Virus record (IMG/VR): IMGVR_UViG_3300027782_000030
Coordinates: 136,571 to 200,570 of that record
DNA: 64,000 nt
Reading direction: 5' to 3' (one strand)
From: a virus
Taxonomy: Duplodnaviria > Caudoviricetes
Positions 18,535-28,000 of the stretch are shown piece by piece; position 1 is the first letter of the stretch; each line of letters opens with the position of its first letter. The position numbers and the translations under genes were made by a program. The notes beneath the pieces were generated by a model. The model saw only the letters and a program-made list of their open reading frames with translations, was not told where the DNA came from and did no database searches.

Positions 18535-19818
18535 ATGAGTGATGTAGTCGCCCCAACTAAAAAACGCAAGCGCAGTAAAAAATTTGAGAACTTGGTCGGT
18601 CCTACCGACGCTAAAGTAGACTTCAATGCCCGTGAGCGGTTGGTAACTGCCCGCATTGGTCTGCTTCTCCGTCATTCATTCTTTGGTAACCTTGCGACCC
18701 GTATGCAACTGGTTAACGCCGATGAATGGTGTAGTACAGCCGCTACCGACGGCTTGAAATTCTATTACAATTCTCGGTTCATTATGATGCTAAAGCCCAA
18801 GGAAGTTGAATTCTTGGTTGGGCATGAAGTGCTCCACGTAGTCTACGATCATATCGGTCGTCGAGGCAATCGTGATCCCCAACTTTGGAACATTGCTGAT
18901 GACTACGCCGTTAATGCCGATCTAAAACGGCACAAGGTCGGTGAGTTTATTAAAACCGTTCCTTGCTTGTACGAAGCAAAATACGACGGGAAGTCTGCCG
19001 AAGAAATCTATGATGACCTTTACGAAAAGGCAGAAAAGATTAACGTCGAGGATTTGATCGACCAAATGATTGATGATCATATGGAAGGTGAAAGTCAAGG
19101 TGAGAGTGACGGCGAAGAAATTGACGGTAGCGGTAAGGGCAAAGGTCGTCCTAAGATGAGCCCTGAGGAGCGTGAGCGTGTACGTCAGGAAGTCAAGCAG
19201 GCTATCATCAATGCCGCACAAGGTGCAGAAGCAGGTTCTGTTCCTAAAGGTGTTGAGCGGTTGATCAAACATCATACTAATCCAGTAATGCCTTGGCGTG
19301 AGTTGATTCAAACTAACTTGACCAGTTCTATTCGTACCGACTTTAGTTTTATTCGCCCTAATCGTCGCGGTTGGCACATGGATGCTATCATGCCTGGTAT
19401 GACCCCGGGTGAAGAAATTGATGTTGTGGTTAGCCTTGATATGTCAGGGTCTATCACTGATAAACAAGGACAGGCATTCTTAGGTGAGATTGCAGGTATG
19501 ATGGATGCCTTTGACGGATACAAAGTACATGTATTCTGTTTTGATACAGAAATCTACAATCCACAAGACTTTACCAGCGAGAACCTAGATTCAATTGATT
19601 CATATGAACCAGTTGGTGGCGGTGGTACTGACTTTGATGCTATCTTCGGCTATCTTAAAGAAAACGCAATCGAACCAAAACGTTTGATTGTATTTACAGA
19701 TGGTTATCCTTGCGGTAGTTGGGGAGATCCTGACTATTGCGATACGACTTGGATCATTCATGGTGATAAGGATCCGAACCCCCCGTTTGGGACTTTCGCT
19801 ATCTATGACGAGAAGTGA
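18535..19818 (+). CDS. Metallopeptidase-like (DUF2201-type) plus VWA domain protein, MoxR partner
   Basis: TAATDG and HEVLH (HExxH); MIDAS motif LDMSGS, GGGGTDF, VFTDG. Confidence 0.9.
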   Translation: MSDVVAPTKKRKRSKKFENLVGPTDAKVDFNARERLVTARIGLLLRHSFFGNLATRMQLVNADEWCSTAATDGLKFYYNSRFIMMLKPKEVEFLVGHEVLHVVYDHIGRRGNRDPQLWNIADDYAVNADLKRHKVGEFIKTVPCLYEAKYDGKSAEEIYDDLYEKAEKINVEDLIDQMIDDHMEGESQGESDGEEIDGSGKGKGRPKMSPEERERVRQEVKQAIINAAQGAEAGSVPKGVERLIKHHTNPVMPWRELIQTNLTSSIRTDFSFIRPNRRGWHMDAIMPGMTPGEEIDVVVSLDMSGSITDKQGQAFLGEIAGMMDAFDGYKVHVFCFDTEIYNPQDFTSENLDSIDSYEPVGGGGTDFDAIFGYLKENAIEPKRLIVFTDGYPCGSWGDPDYCDTTWIIHGDKDPNPPFGTFAIYDEK

Positions 19819-20050
19819 CCTGATATATGAATCCCCCGATAAGGGGGAAACTATATATGCTAGGAAAGCAGGATCCACTGAAAGAGTATTACTATCGATG
19901 AGTGAAAAGGCTTGGTCCCGTATCAATGAACAGGAACAAGCCGAAGTTTGGAAAGATATTAGAGCATTGGCAAAGACTAATCCATCATTGAATGATGTTT
20001 TGGATAGATTGTTAGTAGTATATAACCTTATCAAAAAAGAAAACTTATGA
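19805..20050 (+). CDS. Hypothetical protein
   Basis: Plausible portion of the 19688 ORF starting at MTRSDLIYESPDKGETIYARK. Confidence 0.6.
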   Translation: MTRSDLIYESPDKGETIYARKAGSTERVLLSMSEKAWSRINEQEQAEVWKDIRALAKTNPSLNDVLDRLLVVYNLIKKENL

Positions 20051-20454
20051 TGTATATTGGTAATAGTTTGGGTGGTTGCTTGCAGAGTATCCTACGCGGC
20101 GAAGTGTCCGAGGACCAAGTTTTGATGATTATTACTAGGACTAAGTGTGAAACCTATGAGCAGTATATTGGGGTAATTAAGTTGTATTATGATGAAGGTA
20201 ATCAGTACGCTAGGAATTCCCAAAGATATGACTTCTCAAAATTTGATTTTGAAACCGTTATGGAGTTGGCTTCCAAACTTTATAATTCAGGCAGGATCCA
20301 TCAACCTAGATTGTACTCAGAGAGTAAGTATTTGCCTATTACCTTTGCTTTTAAAGACCTTTGGTTAGAAGTAGTGCCAACCAATAATAACTCTTCACCC
20401 GCAGTAGTAGATGCGTATGAAAAATATAAAATGCTAGCCACACTAACTCAATGA
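20047..20454 (+). CDS. Hypothetical protein
   Basis: ATGA-coupled ORF. Confidence 0.65.
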   Translation: MMYIGNSLGGCLQSILRGEVSEDQVLMIITRTKCETYEQYIGVIKLYYDEGNQYARNSQRYDFSKFDFETVMELASKLYNSGRIHQPRLYSESKYLPITFAFKDLWLEVVPTNNNSSPAVVDAYEKYKMLATLTQ

Positions 20455-20684
20455 CATTCCTTGATCCCATAACTTGGTTTACTTACCGTCGATTAGAGTT
20501 TAAGCCAACACATTTTGTATTGGCTAAAACCCCGGTAACTGCTAAGTCTATGGCATGGATAGCTACCACGCTTAACGGTAGGTATTCACTAGTTACTATA
20601 ATGGATGAGGATTATCAAAAATTTCAAGTTCCTGCGTTTGAAGATCCAGGAGAAGCAGTATTATATGAACTAACTTGGTCATAA
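20451..20684 (+). CDS. Small protein of the F..E.D...F.LxW paralog family
   Basis: Ends PAFEDPGEAVLYELTWS. Confidence 0.6.
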   Translation: MTFLDPITWFTYRRLEFKPTHFVLAKTPVTAKSMAWIATTLNGRYSLVTIMDEDYQKFQVPAFEDPGEAVLYELTWS

Positions 20685-20741
20685 TAAATTTTTACTATAC
20701 AACAGAAATCAATTAAATAATTACATAATCAGGAGATTAAT

Positions 20742-21413
20742 ATGAGTTTCTTAAGACATGTAGGCAAACACGGTGATCGTAAAATAGCAGTTATCTTTAG
20801 GGAGGTCCCTGGAGAGCCACATATGTGTTTGGTAACATACACTGAAACATTGAATATGCACGTTCATGATCCTATGATTCAATGCATTGAAAGTGATATT
20901 GGGCAATCAAGTCAAAACCTAGCAGACGCACTAAATAGGACTTATACCAAAGATGGTAAACCTATTCTTCATGTACTTCACCATGAAGGTCAACTTAAAA
21001 AGGTTAATACAGAACAAATTGTAATGACCCCTCAACCTAATACTAGAATCAAACTGAATGAATTAAACAAGATTCTAAACGAAATGCAACAAGGTGAGGA
21101 TGCTGTTCGTAGATTAGCCGAAATGGATAAGAGCATGGGATTGCAAGATCCGGCTGATGTAGTCCGTAGAATGCGTGGTCCACAACCTGGTGTTCAAGGA
21201 TCAGGTGATATTTTAGGTGATACATCATTAGCACAACAGAGAATTGAACAAGCACAAAAAATGGAACGTGAGGCACAGGGGCTATTAGCTGAATCAAAGC
21301 GTTTAATGGATGAGGCTAAATCATTAGATCCAAGTGTTGGTACATCAACCATGCCAGTCATTGAAACTAAACCAGTTAAAGCAAGAAAACCAAGAGCGAA
21401 AGTTAGTGCATAA
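20742..21413 (+). CDS. Hypothetical protein with a coiled-coil C-terminus
   Basis: AGGAG RBS; TTAAATA upstream at 20713. Confidence 0.7.
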   Translation: MSFLRHVGKHGDRKIAVIFREVPGEPHMCLVTYTETLNMHVHDPMIQCIESDIGQSSQNLADALNRTYTKDGKPILHVLHHEGQLKKVNTEQIVMTPQPNTRIKLNELNKILNEMQQGEDAVRRLAEMDKSMGLQDPADVVRRMRGPQPGVQGSGDILGDTSLAQQRIEQAQKMEREAQGLLAESKRLMDEAKSLDPSVGTSTMPVIETKPVKARKPRAKVSA

Positions 21414-21715
21414 TGTCACCTGAATTTATATCCAAATGGGAACACATCCTTGAGGATGTTGAAAAGCAAAAAATACCCGTGCAATTTATTAAAAAAATAG
21501 TTATTAAATTACAAGGCATGGGTAGAAAACAGCAAACAATCAACATTGAGAAGTTTTTAAATCAAGGATTGGACCCAGATCAAATTGAAGAAGCGGTAAG
21601 CAGGAAGCTTCAAGAACTAGACGATACTATTACCAGTGTAGAGTTTATTCTTAATGTTCAAAGCATTGCCGATACGGTTCAACCTACTACAGATGAGTTA
21701 TTGAAAAATTTATGA
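21413..21715 (+). CDS. Hypothetical protein
   Basis: TAATG-coupled ORF. Confidence 0.65.
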   Translation: MSPEFISKWEHILEDVEKQKIPVQFIKKIVIKLQGMGRKQQTINIEKFLNQGLDPDQIEEAVSRKLQELDDTITSVEFILNVQSIADTVQPTTDELLKNL

Positions 21716-22185
21716 ATTTGATTGTGGCCTGTGATCCAAAAGGTGGTATTGGATATCTGAACAAATTACCCTGGAGTAAAATCGAGGGTGATTTGCTACG
21801 CTTCAAAAGACTAACACAAGATAAAACCGTTGTTATGGGCCGTAATACTTGGGATAGTCTTCCAATGAAACCATTACCTAACAGGTTTAATGTTGTAGTA
21901 ACTACCAAACCAATCCAGTTACCTGCCAATGTTAAAACTATTTCAAATTTAAATGATTTAAAATATTTTCACGAACCATGGATAATGGGTGGTGCAGCAC
22001 TAATCAGATCCTGTTGGGAAAAAATTAATAAAATTCATTTGACTAAAACCTTTGTTGAATATGCCTGTGATACTTTTATAGATTTAAGAAAATTACACGG
22101 CGAGTTTAGAATTTCGCATGAAGAGATTCATAGCGATCATGTATATGAAATTTGGGATAGAGATTATCCCGACTATTGGAAATAA
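21712..22185 (+). CDS. folA: Dihydrofolate reductase
   Basis: IVACD..GGIG..NKLPW, DL..FK, VVMGRNTWDSLP..PLPNRFNVV, MGGA, CDTF. Confidence 0.95.
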   Translation: MNLIVACDPKGGIGYLNKLPWSKIEGDLLRFKRLTQDKTVVMGRNTWDSLPMKPLPNRFNVVVTTKPIQLPANVKTISNLNDLKYFHEPWIMGGAALIRSCWEKINKIHLTKTFVEYACDTFIDLRKLHGEFRISHEEIHSDHVYEIWDRDYPDYWK

Positions 22186-23030
22186 ATGTGAAATTATACT
22201 TAGAGTTACTTAAAGATATACTAGATAACGGTGATGATAAAGACGATAGAACTGGTGTAGGAACTATATCGGTATTTGGTAGACAATTACGATTTGATTT
22301 ACGCAAGGGATTTCCCGCTGTTACTACTAAAAAACTAGCATGGAAAGCCTGTGTAGGTGAATTGCTATGGTTTATCGAAGGTAGTGGGGATGAACGCAGA
22401 TTAGCAGAGATAACACATGGTACTAGAGATGGCACTGTTACTATTTGGACTCCAAATGCTTTGGCATCTTATTGGAAACCTAAAGCCAAGTTTGAAGGGG
22501 ATTTGGGTAGAGTATATGGAGTACAATGGCGAGATTGGGTAACCAATTCAAGGCATATTGACCAATTGACAAATTTGTTAGAAGGATTGAAATCAGATCC
22601 TAGTGGTCGCAGACATATTCTTAGTGCATGGAATGTTGGTGAATTAGATCAAATGGCATTGCCACCTTGTCATATTATGAGTCAATATTATGTGAACAAG
22701 AACCGTGAATTGAGTTGTCATATGTATCAGAGGTCAGTAGATGTTTTCTTGGGTCTACCTTTCAATATTGCTAGTTACGCTCTACTAACTCATTTGATTG
22801 CCCATCATTGTGGTTACAAAGTTGGTGAATTAGTTATTAGTACAGGGGATACACATATCTATAAAAACCATGTAGAACAAGTTAAAGAACAATTATCTCG
22901 TGATCCATTACCCTTACCTACATTAATGCTACCAGTAGAAAAGAAAGATATTTTTGAAATGACTATGAATGATATACACTTAGAAGGATATAGTAGTCAT
23001 GGTCCAATCAAAGCGGAAATGGCTGTATGA
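22176..23030 (+). CDS. thyA: Thymidylate synthase ThyA
   Basis: DRTGVGT, ELLWFI, GRVYGVQWR, MALPPCH, YQRSVDVFLGLPFNIASY, GDTHIY; the real start may be GTG 22188. Confidence 0.97.
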   Translation: MEINVKLYLELLKDILDNGDDKDDRTGVGTISVFGRQLRFDLRKGFPAVTTKKLAWKACVGELLWFIEGSGDERRLAEITHGTRDGTVTIWTPNALASYWKPKAKFEGDLGRVYGVQWRDWVTNSRHIDQLTNLLEGLKSDPSGRRHILSAWNVGELDQMALPPCHIMSQYYVNKNRELSCHMYQRSVDVFLGLPFNIASYALLTHLIAHHCGYKVGELVISTGDTHIYKNHVEQVKEQLSRDPLPLPTLMLPVEKKDIFEMTMNDIHLEGYSSHGPIKAEMAV

Positions 23031-23275
23031 AAGACTATATAGAAACCAAGGTACATTACTTCAGAGTAGGTGATGCAGAAGATCCTGATATCTATGCCGC
23101 TCAACCTCTTTGGGAATTCCAACAATCAGAAAAAGGTAAGTGGATTATGGAAAATTCTATAGAAACACCTACTTGGCATAGACATGTAGATCATAATACA
23201 TTTGGGTATGGTTATTATGTTACCGCTAAATTGCCTAAAGAAAAATATACATTTTTCAAACTTAAGTTTGATTAA
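23027..23275 (+). CDS. Hypothetical protein (weak member of the small FxLxW/F family)
   Basis: ATGA-coupled; ends YTFFKLKFD. Confidence 0.65.
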   Translation: MKDYIETKVHYFRVGDAEDPDIYAAQPLWEFQQSEKGKWIMENSIETPTWHRHVDHNTFGYGYYVTAKLPKEKYTFFKLKFD

Positions 23276-23300
23276 TTGATTCCCGTAGATAAATACGGGC

Positions 23301-23768
23301 ATGTGGATCTTATCTGTTTTACCTAGTTACGCTATACATGGTTTATTAACTGTTGGTATTATTGGTGTAATTCTAGGCTTTGTATTAGGGTTTATACCAC
23401 TTGTTGGCAAGTATAAACTCCCTATTCAAATTATCAGTATATTCGTACTAACACTTGCCTTATACTTAGAAGGTGGGTTAGAAAATGAACGCATATGGCA
23501 ATCGAAAGTAAAAGAAGTAGAAGCTAAAGTTGCTGTATCAGAAGTCAAAGCTGTAGAAAAAACTGTAGAAATACAAGAAAAGATTGTAAACAAAACCAAG
23601 GTCATCAAACAAAAGGGCGATGATATAATAAAATATATTGATAATGAAATAATTAAAAAAGAAGAGATTATCAAGTATATAGAAAATTGTCCAGTGCCAC
23701 AAGAAATCATTGAACAGCATAATAAGATTGTAAACTTATCTAGTCAATCCTCAGGAGAGAAGAAATGA
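23301..23768 (+). CDS. Inner-membrane spanin (Rz-like)
   Basis: N-terminal hydrophobic helices then a coiled coil; overlaps a lipoprotein gene; ATAAATA at 23289. Confidence 0.7.
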   Translation: MWILSVLPSYAIHGLLTVGIIGVILGFVLGFIPLVGKYKLPIQIISIFVLTLALYLEGGLENERIWQSKVKEVEAKVAVSEVKAVEKTVEIQEKIVNKTKVIKQKGDDIIKYIDNEIIKKEEIIKYIENCPVPQEIIEQHNKIVNLSSQSSGEKK

Positions 23769-24034
23769 GGACGTTAATACCAGTAATATTATTGTTATCT
23801 GCTTGTGCTACCGCCCCTGTTCCAATAGAGCGTAAATTTCCTCCTTATCCTAGCGCATTAGCAGAAAAATGCGAACCGTTAAAACCTATTGAGCCTGGTG
23901 ATAAAGTACCTATTACAGACATGTTAAAAGTTGTAGTAGAAAACTATGTGAGATATTATAATTGTGCAACCAAAGTTGAGAGTTGGCAAGAATGGTATAC
24001 TGAGCAGAAAAAAATATTTGAAAGCGTGAAATAA
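23765..24034 (+). CDS. Outer-membrane spanin lipoprotein (Rz1-like)
   Basis: Lipobox LLLSAC, Pro-rich segment (FPPYPSALAEKC), second Cys, ATGA overlap. Confidence 0.8.
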   Translation: MRTLIPVILLLSACATAPVPIERKFPPYPSALAEKCEPLKPIEPGDKVPITDMLKVVVENYVRYYNCATKVESWQEWYTEQKKIFESVK

Positions 24035-24092
24035 TTCTCAGTTTACAAAAGCCTACTGTGTGATAAATACTATATAGATTTGGAACATAGAT

Positions 24093-24623
24093 ATGGCCAC
24101 AATTGAAGTCATTAATGTAGGGGCAACAGCCAATGATGGCGACGGTGATCCTTTACGCACTGCCTTTCAAAAGGTAAATAATAACTTTGCGAATATTAAT
24201 GCAGTAAATTTCTCTACTCTACAAAGTATTACTGTTGGTGTAGATCCGCAATTAATTTTAAGTACGCCTGCAAATGCTTTTACACAAGCCACTATGCAGA
24301 TTAACTCTAGTAATGTTCTTAATGATGATAGTCAAAATATCATCATATATTCTGCTATTAATAATAGTTTAACTGATGTTAATTGGACCGATCAAAGTCA
24401 GCAATATTTTGGAAATCTTGTAACAGAATATGATATGATAGTGGAAAATGGTAATGTTAATTTATATGTTCTTCCATTAGGCAATTCAGCAAATACAACT
24501 TTAGTTCATTTTATTTCTTATCAGATAACATTCAATGCTATAGTACCTGGAAGCATATTAACTCTGACACAAGATACTGATTATGAGTTAGTAACCAACA
24601 ATGGATTAATAATTACCACATGA
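24093..24623 (+). CDS. Virion structural protein with a gp9/gp10-like N-terminal motif
   Basis: INVGATANDGDGDPLRTAFQKVNNNF; late promoter ATAAATA at 24063. Confidence 0.7.
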   Translation: MATIEVINVGATANDGDGDPLRTAFQKVNNNFANINAVNFSTLQSITVGVDPQLILSTPANAFTQATMQINSSNVLNDDSQNIIIYSAINNSLTDVNWTDQSQQYFGNLVTEYDMIVENGNVNLYVLPLGNSANTTLVHFISYQITFNAIVPGSILTLTQDTDYELVTNNGLIITT

Positions 24624-25024
24624 GAGCAAAAGAATTTATTACCGAGCAACGGTTAGATCAAGTTCACGATGGTTTGGACGTAGCATCCATGGCTCTTCCT
24701 AATACATATGTTATTCCAAAGTTAAAAAATAGTGACTTCTATGATTTATATCGTTTTGGTGTAGCAATTGCCGCAGTAAGAGGCGAAAGCGGTACTGACA
24801 ATGTACAAAATAGTTATAAGCCTGATTTTAGAGCAGAAAGCAGTTGGGGAGAACATCAAGTAGTATCCTCAGAGTTTGATAAAGACATTGGTAAAACTAT
24901 TGACCAAGCATTAAAGAAAGTTGGCAAATCCGGCAAGAAATTAGTAAGTACTCTTGGAAGTGATGAGATGGATGATACTGAATTCAACTCTCCAATTAAA
25001 GCCTTTAAGGGATATAAAAAATGA
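24620..25024 (+). CDS. Putative head internal protein
   Basis: N-terminus MRAKEFITE resembles the T4 capsid-targeting sequence; ends FKGYKK. Confidence 0.55.
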   Translation: MRAKEFITEQRLDQVHDGLDVASMALPNTYVIPKLKNSDFYDLYRFGVAIAAVRGESGTDNVQNSYKPDFRAESSWGEHQVVSSEFDKDIGKTIDQALKKVGKSGKKLVSTLGSDEMDDTEFNSPIKAFKGYKK

Positions 25025-25392
25025 GAGCGAGTGAATTTTTAGCAGAAGGTGATGGCAAATTAAATCATAACCATGCACAAGCATCTAAGGGAATTTATAA
25101 AGTTCGTGATCGGGGTGGTTATGATCGTACCTATCACATAAACCGTTTAATGATGGCTGCTGCTATGGCTGATGGTAAGAGCCAAGATGCGGTTACAATG
25201 GACAACTCTAGTTTTGTTGAAAAATATAACTCTGTTCATCCATATACCGAAGAAGAATATAATATGCTTATTTCCGCAACAAAGACTATCCCAACAGAAA
25301 AACATGAGGTTGTTCCTTATTCTAAGAGCCAAGAACCTGAAGATACTAATACCAAAAGTATTGCTGTAGGATTTAAGGGCTATAAAAAATAA
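25021..25392 (+). CDS. Putative head internal protein, paralog of 24620
   Basis: N-terminus MRASEFLAE; ends FKGYKK. Confidence 0.55.
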   Translation: MRASEFLAEGDGKLNHNHAQASKGIYKVRDRGGYDRTYHINRLMMAAAMADGKSQDAVTMDNSSFVEKYNSVHPYTEEEYNMLISATKTIPTEKHEVVPYSKSQEPEDTNTKSIAVGFKGYKK

Positions 25393-25422
25393 TTTATCCT
25401 GCGTTTGCGAATAAATATATGC

Positions 25423-25662
25423 ATGGAGACTGTTGCGTATGTATACAAGTGGACTCATGTACCTACTGGAAAATGGTATATAGGATCACGCACTAGATCG
25501 GGCTTTGGAAAAATACAGTCCGATGAATGGAAACTAAAAAATAGTATAGCCAATTCAGGTAAACCCAAACCACAACTTAATTGCCCACATTGCGGAGTTA
25601 CAGGTGGTACTGGGGTCATGTCTAGATGGCATTTTAATAACTGTAAACAAAAGAAAGACTAA
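25423..25662 (+). pseudogene. Internally deleted GIY-YIG homing endonuclease remnant
   Basis: AYVYKWTHVPTGKWYIGSR (GIY-YIG) is joined directly to a NUMOD3-like segment and CPHC..RWHFNNC; has its own ATAAATA at 25411. Confidence 0.7.
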
Positions 25663-25664
25663 CC

Positions 25665-26354
25665 ATGATTGATGTTAACCAAATTTTTGACACTGTTAAA
25701 CTTAAATTTTATTATGAATATTTAGTAAACTGTCATATCTATAGCGAAGGTGAAAGTCAGTTTCATAAACAACTGACTACAGAAGTTACTAAGACTTATA
25801 TAGACCCATTAAATATTCCCAAAGATGCGAAAATTTTAGATTTAGGGTGTGGTCCAGGCTATTTCCTAGATGAAATGAAAGAGCGTGAGTATACAGATTT
25901 AACTGGTGTAACACTAAGTCCTGAAGATGTACAAATTTGTGAAAATAAAGGTCATACTATCAAAAAGTATGATTTAAGTTTCTTACCACAAAAAGATGGG
26001 TATTATGATGAGTCAGTAGATTTTATATTTCTACGCCATGCATTAGAGCATAGTCCTTATCCTATCTTTAGTTTAATGGAATATAACCGTGTACTTAAAC
26101 AAGGTGGCAAGATGTATATTGAAGTACCTGCCCCAAACTGTGAAAGACAGCATGAGTTTAACTTAAATCATTACAGTATCTTAGGAGAGGCTCAGTTATT
26201 AGCACTATTCATGCGTACTGGGTTTGATACTAACATATTCAATAGTATTGAGTTTGATTTAGGTAGTCCTGGCGAAAATGGTGAAATTAAGAACTTTAAA
26301 GAAAAGTTTTACTGTATTGTTCTTACAAAAACTAGACCCTTAGATATTAAATAA
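25665..26354 (+). CDS. Class I SAM-dependent methyltransferase
   Basis: ILDLGCGPG, VDFIFLRHALEH, RVLKQGG. Confidence 0.9.
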   Translation: MIDVNQIFDTVKLKFYYEYLVNCHIYSEGESQFHKQLTTEVTKTYIDPLNIPKDAKILDLGCGPGYFLDEMKEREYTDLTGVTLSPEDVQICENKGHTIKKYDLSFLPQKDGYYDESVDFIFLRHALEHSPYPIFSLMEYNRVLKQGGKMYIEVPAPNCERQHEFNLNHYSILGEAQLLALFMRTGFDTNIFNSIEFDLGSPGENGEIKNFKEKFYCIVLTKTRPLDIK

Positions 26355-26357
26355 ACG

Positions 26358-26425
26358 ATAAATACTCACTATGTAGTGAGTATTTTTTTAAGATAAATAT
26401 TAGTTTGGGAAGACGCCCAAACTAA
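26358..26425 (+). promoter_or_regulatory. Terminator/late-promoter double-hairpin region upstream of the terminase
   Basis: AAATACTCACT-ATGT-AGTGAGTATTT plus a T-run; ATAAATA at 26358 and 26393; second hairpin TTAGTTTGGG-AAGACG-CCCAAACTAA. Confidence 0.7.
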
Positions 26426-26434
26426 ATAATAATT

Positions 26435-27982
26435 ATGAGTGGATCACCATCATTAGTTAAAACTCCTTATGTAAAAACTAAATTCGCAACACAAAAAGAA
26501 TTAGATGATTTTGTTAAGTGTTGCGACCCAGTTACTGGTTATCTATACTTTATGGATAACTTCTTTATGATACAACATCCTACCAAGGGCAGCATGGTAT
26601 ATCATCCATGGGATTATCAAAAACGACTAATTCATACATACCACAATTATCGTTTTAGTATTAGTTTGATGCCTCGTCAAAGCGGTAAATCTACTAGTGC
26701 TGCTGGCTATCTACTTTGGTATGCTATGTTCGTACCCGACTCTACTATTCTTATAGCAGCACATAAGTATACAGGCGCACAAGAAATCATGCAGCGTATT
26801 CGCTACGCATATGAAAATTGCCCTGACTATATTAAAGCAGGTGTTACTACATACAACAAAGGATCATTAGACTTTGAGAATGGTAGTCGTATAGTTTCAG
26901 CCACTACTACTGAAAATACAGGTCGTGGTATGTCTATCACACTACTATACCTAGATGAGTTTGCGTTTGTTCGACCTACTATTGCTGAACAGTTTTGGAC
27001 TTCTATTACACCTACACTATCAACTGGTGGTAAAGCAATTATCACTAGCACTCCGAATAGTGACGAAGATCAATTCGCTCTTATTTGGAAAGGTGCTAAT
27101 AAAACAGAAGATTCATATGGCAATCAAACTGAATTAGGTGTAAATGGATTTAGAGCATATAGGGCACATTGGACTGAGCAACCTGGCAGGGATCAAAAAT
27201 GGGCTGATGAAATGAAAGCCCAACTAGGAGAAGATAGATTCCGTCGTGAAATAGGCTGCGAATTTATTATTGCGGATGAAACCCTTATCAATCCTAGTAC
27301 ATTAATTGATTTAGAAGGTATTGAACCTATCACTCGCATGGGACAAGTTCGCTGGTATAAAAAGCCTGAGAAAGGTAATATTTACGCAGTAGGATTGGAT
27401 CCAAGTTTAGGCACTGGTGGTGATCCTGCTGCTATACAAATTTTTGAGGCTAATACTACTACCCAAATTGGTGAATGGAAACATAATAAAACAGATATAC
27501 CTAATCAGATTAAATTATTAGCACAAATAAACAAGTATATCGTAGAGTGTACAGGAGAAACTGATAATCTATATTATAGTATAGAGAACAATTCTATTGG
27601 TGAAGCCTCTCTAATATCATTGGCAGAATATGGTGAAACTAATATACCAGGTATTTTTTTAAGTGAGTCAGGCAAAAAGCGTAGAGGATACAATACTACA
27701 CAAAAGTCTAAAATCACTGCCTGTGCTAAATTTAAAACGCTATTAGAAAGCAAGAAAATGAAAATTTATAGCAAAAGTTTGATATCAGAATTAAAGACTT
27801 TTGTTGCTAGTGGTGGTAGTTATGCGGCTAAGATAGGTGATACTGATGATTTGATTATGGCTTCATTGTTAACAGTTAGAATGCTACAATCTTTAAGTGA
27901 TTACTATCATGACTTGGGAGAACAAATTCGTGACCATGATGAATACATTCAACCATTACCATTCTTCGCCGTCTTAAGTTAA
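26435..27982 (+). CDS. terL: Terminase large subunit (T4 gp17-like)
   Basis: PRQSGKST Walker A, LLYLDEFAF Walker B, ITSTPN, nuclease VGLDPS, DDLIMA. Confidence 0.95.
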   Translation: MSGSPSLVKTPYVKTKFATQKELDDFVKCCDPVTGYLYFMDNFFMIQHPTKGSMVYHPWDYQKRLIHTYHNYRFSISLMPRQSGKSTSAAGYLLWYAMFVPDSTILIAAHKYTGAQEIMQRIRYAYENCPDYIKAGVTTYNKGSLDFENGSRIVSATTTENTGRGMSITLLYLDEFAFVRPTIAEQFWTSITPTLSTGGKAIITSTPNSDEDQFALIWKGANKTEDSYGNQTELGVNGFRAYRAHWTEQPGRDQKWADEMKAQLGEDRFRREIGCEFIIADETLINPSTLIDLEGIEPITRMGQVRWYKKPEKGNIYAVGLDPSLGTGGDPAAIQIFEANTTTQIGEWKHNKTDIPNQIKLLAQINKYIVECTGETDNLYYSIENNSIGEASLISLAEYGETNIPGIFLSESGKKRRGYNTTQKSKITACAKFKTLLESKKMKIYSKSLISELKTFVASGGSYAAKIGDTDDLIMASLLTVRMLQSLSDYYHDLGEQIRDHDEYIQPLPFFAVLS

Positions 27983-28000
27983 TACAAAGATAAATACTAT

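Noticed and set aside
17317-19523. Long minus-strand ORFs (16713..17180, 17317..17898, 17953..18408, 18922..19377) as real genes
   Set aside because: They are shadows of GC-richer plus-strand genes with clear motifs, and have no RBS or promoter support.
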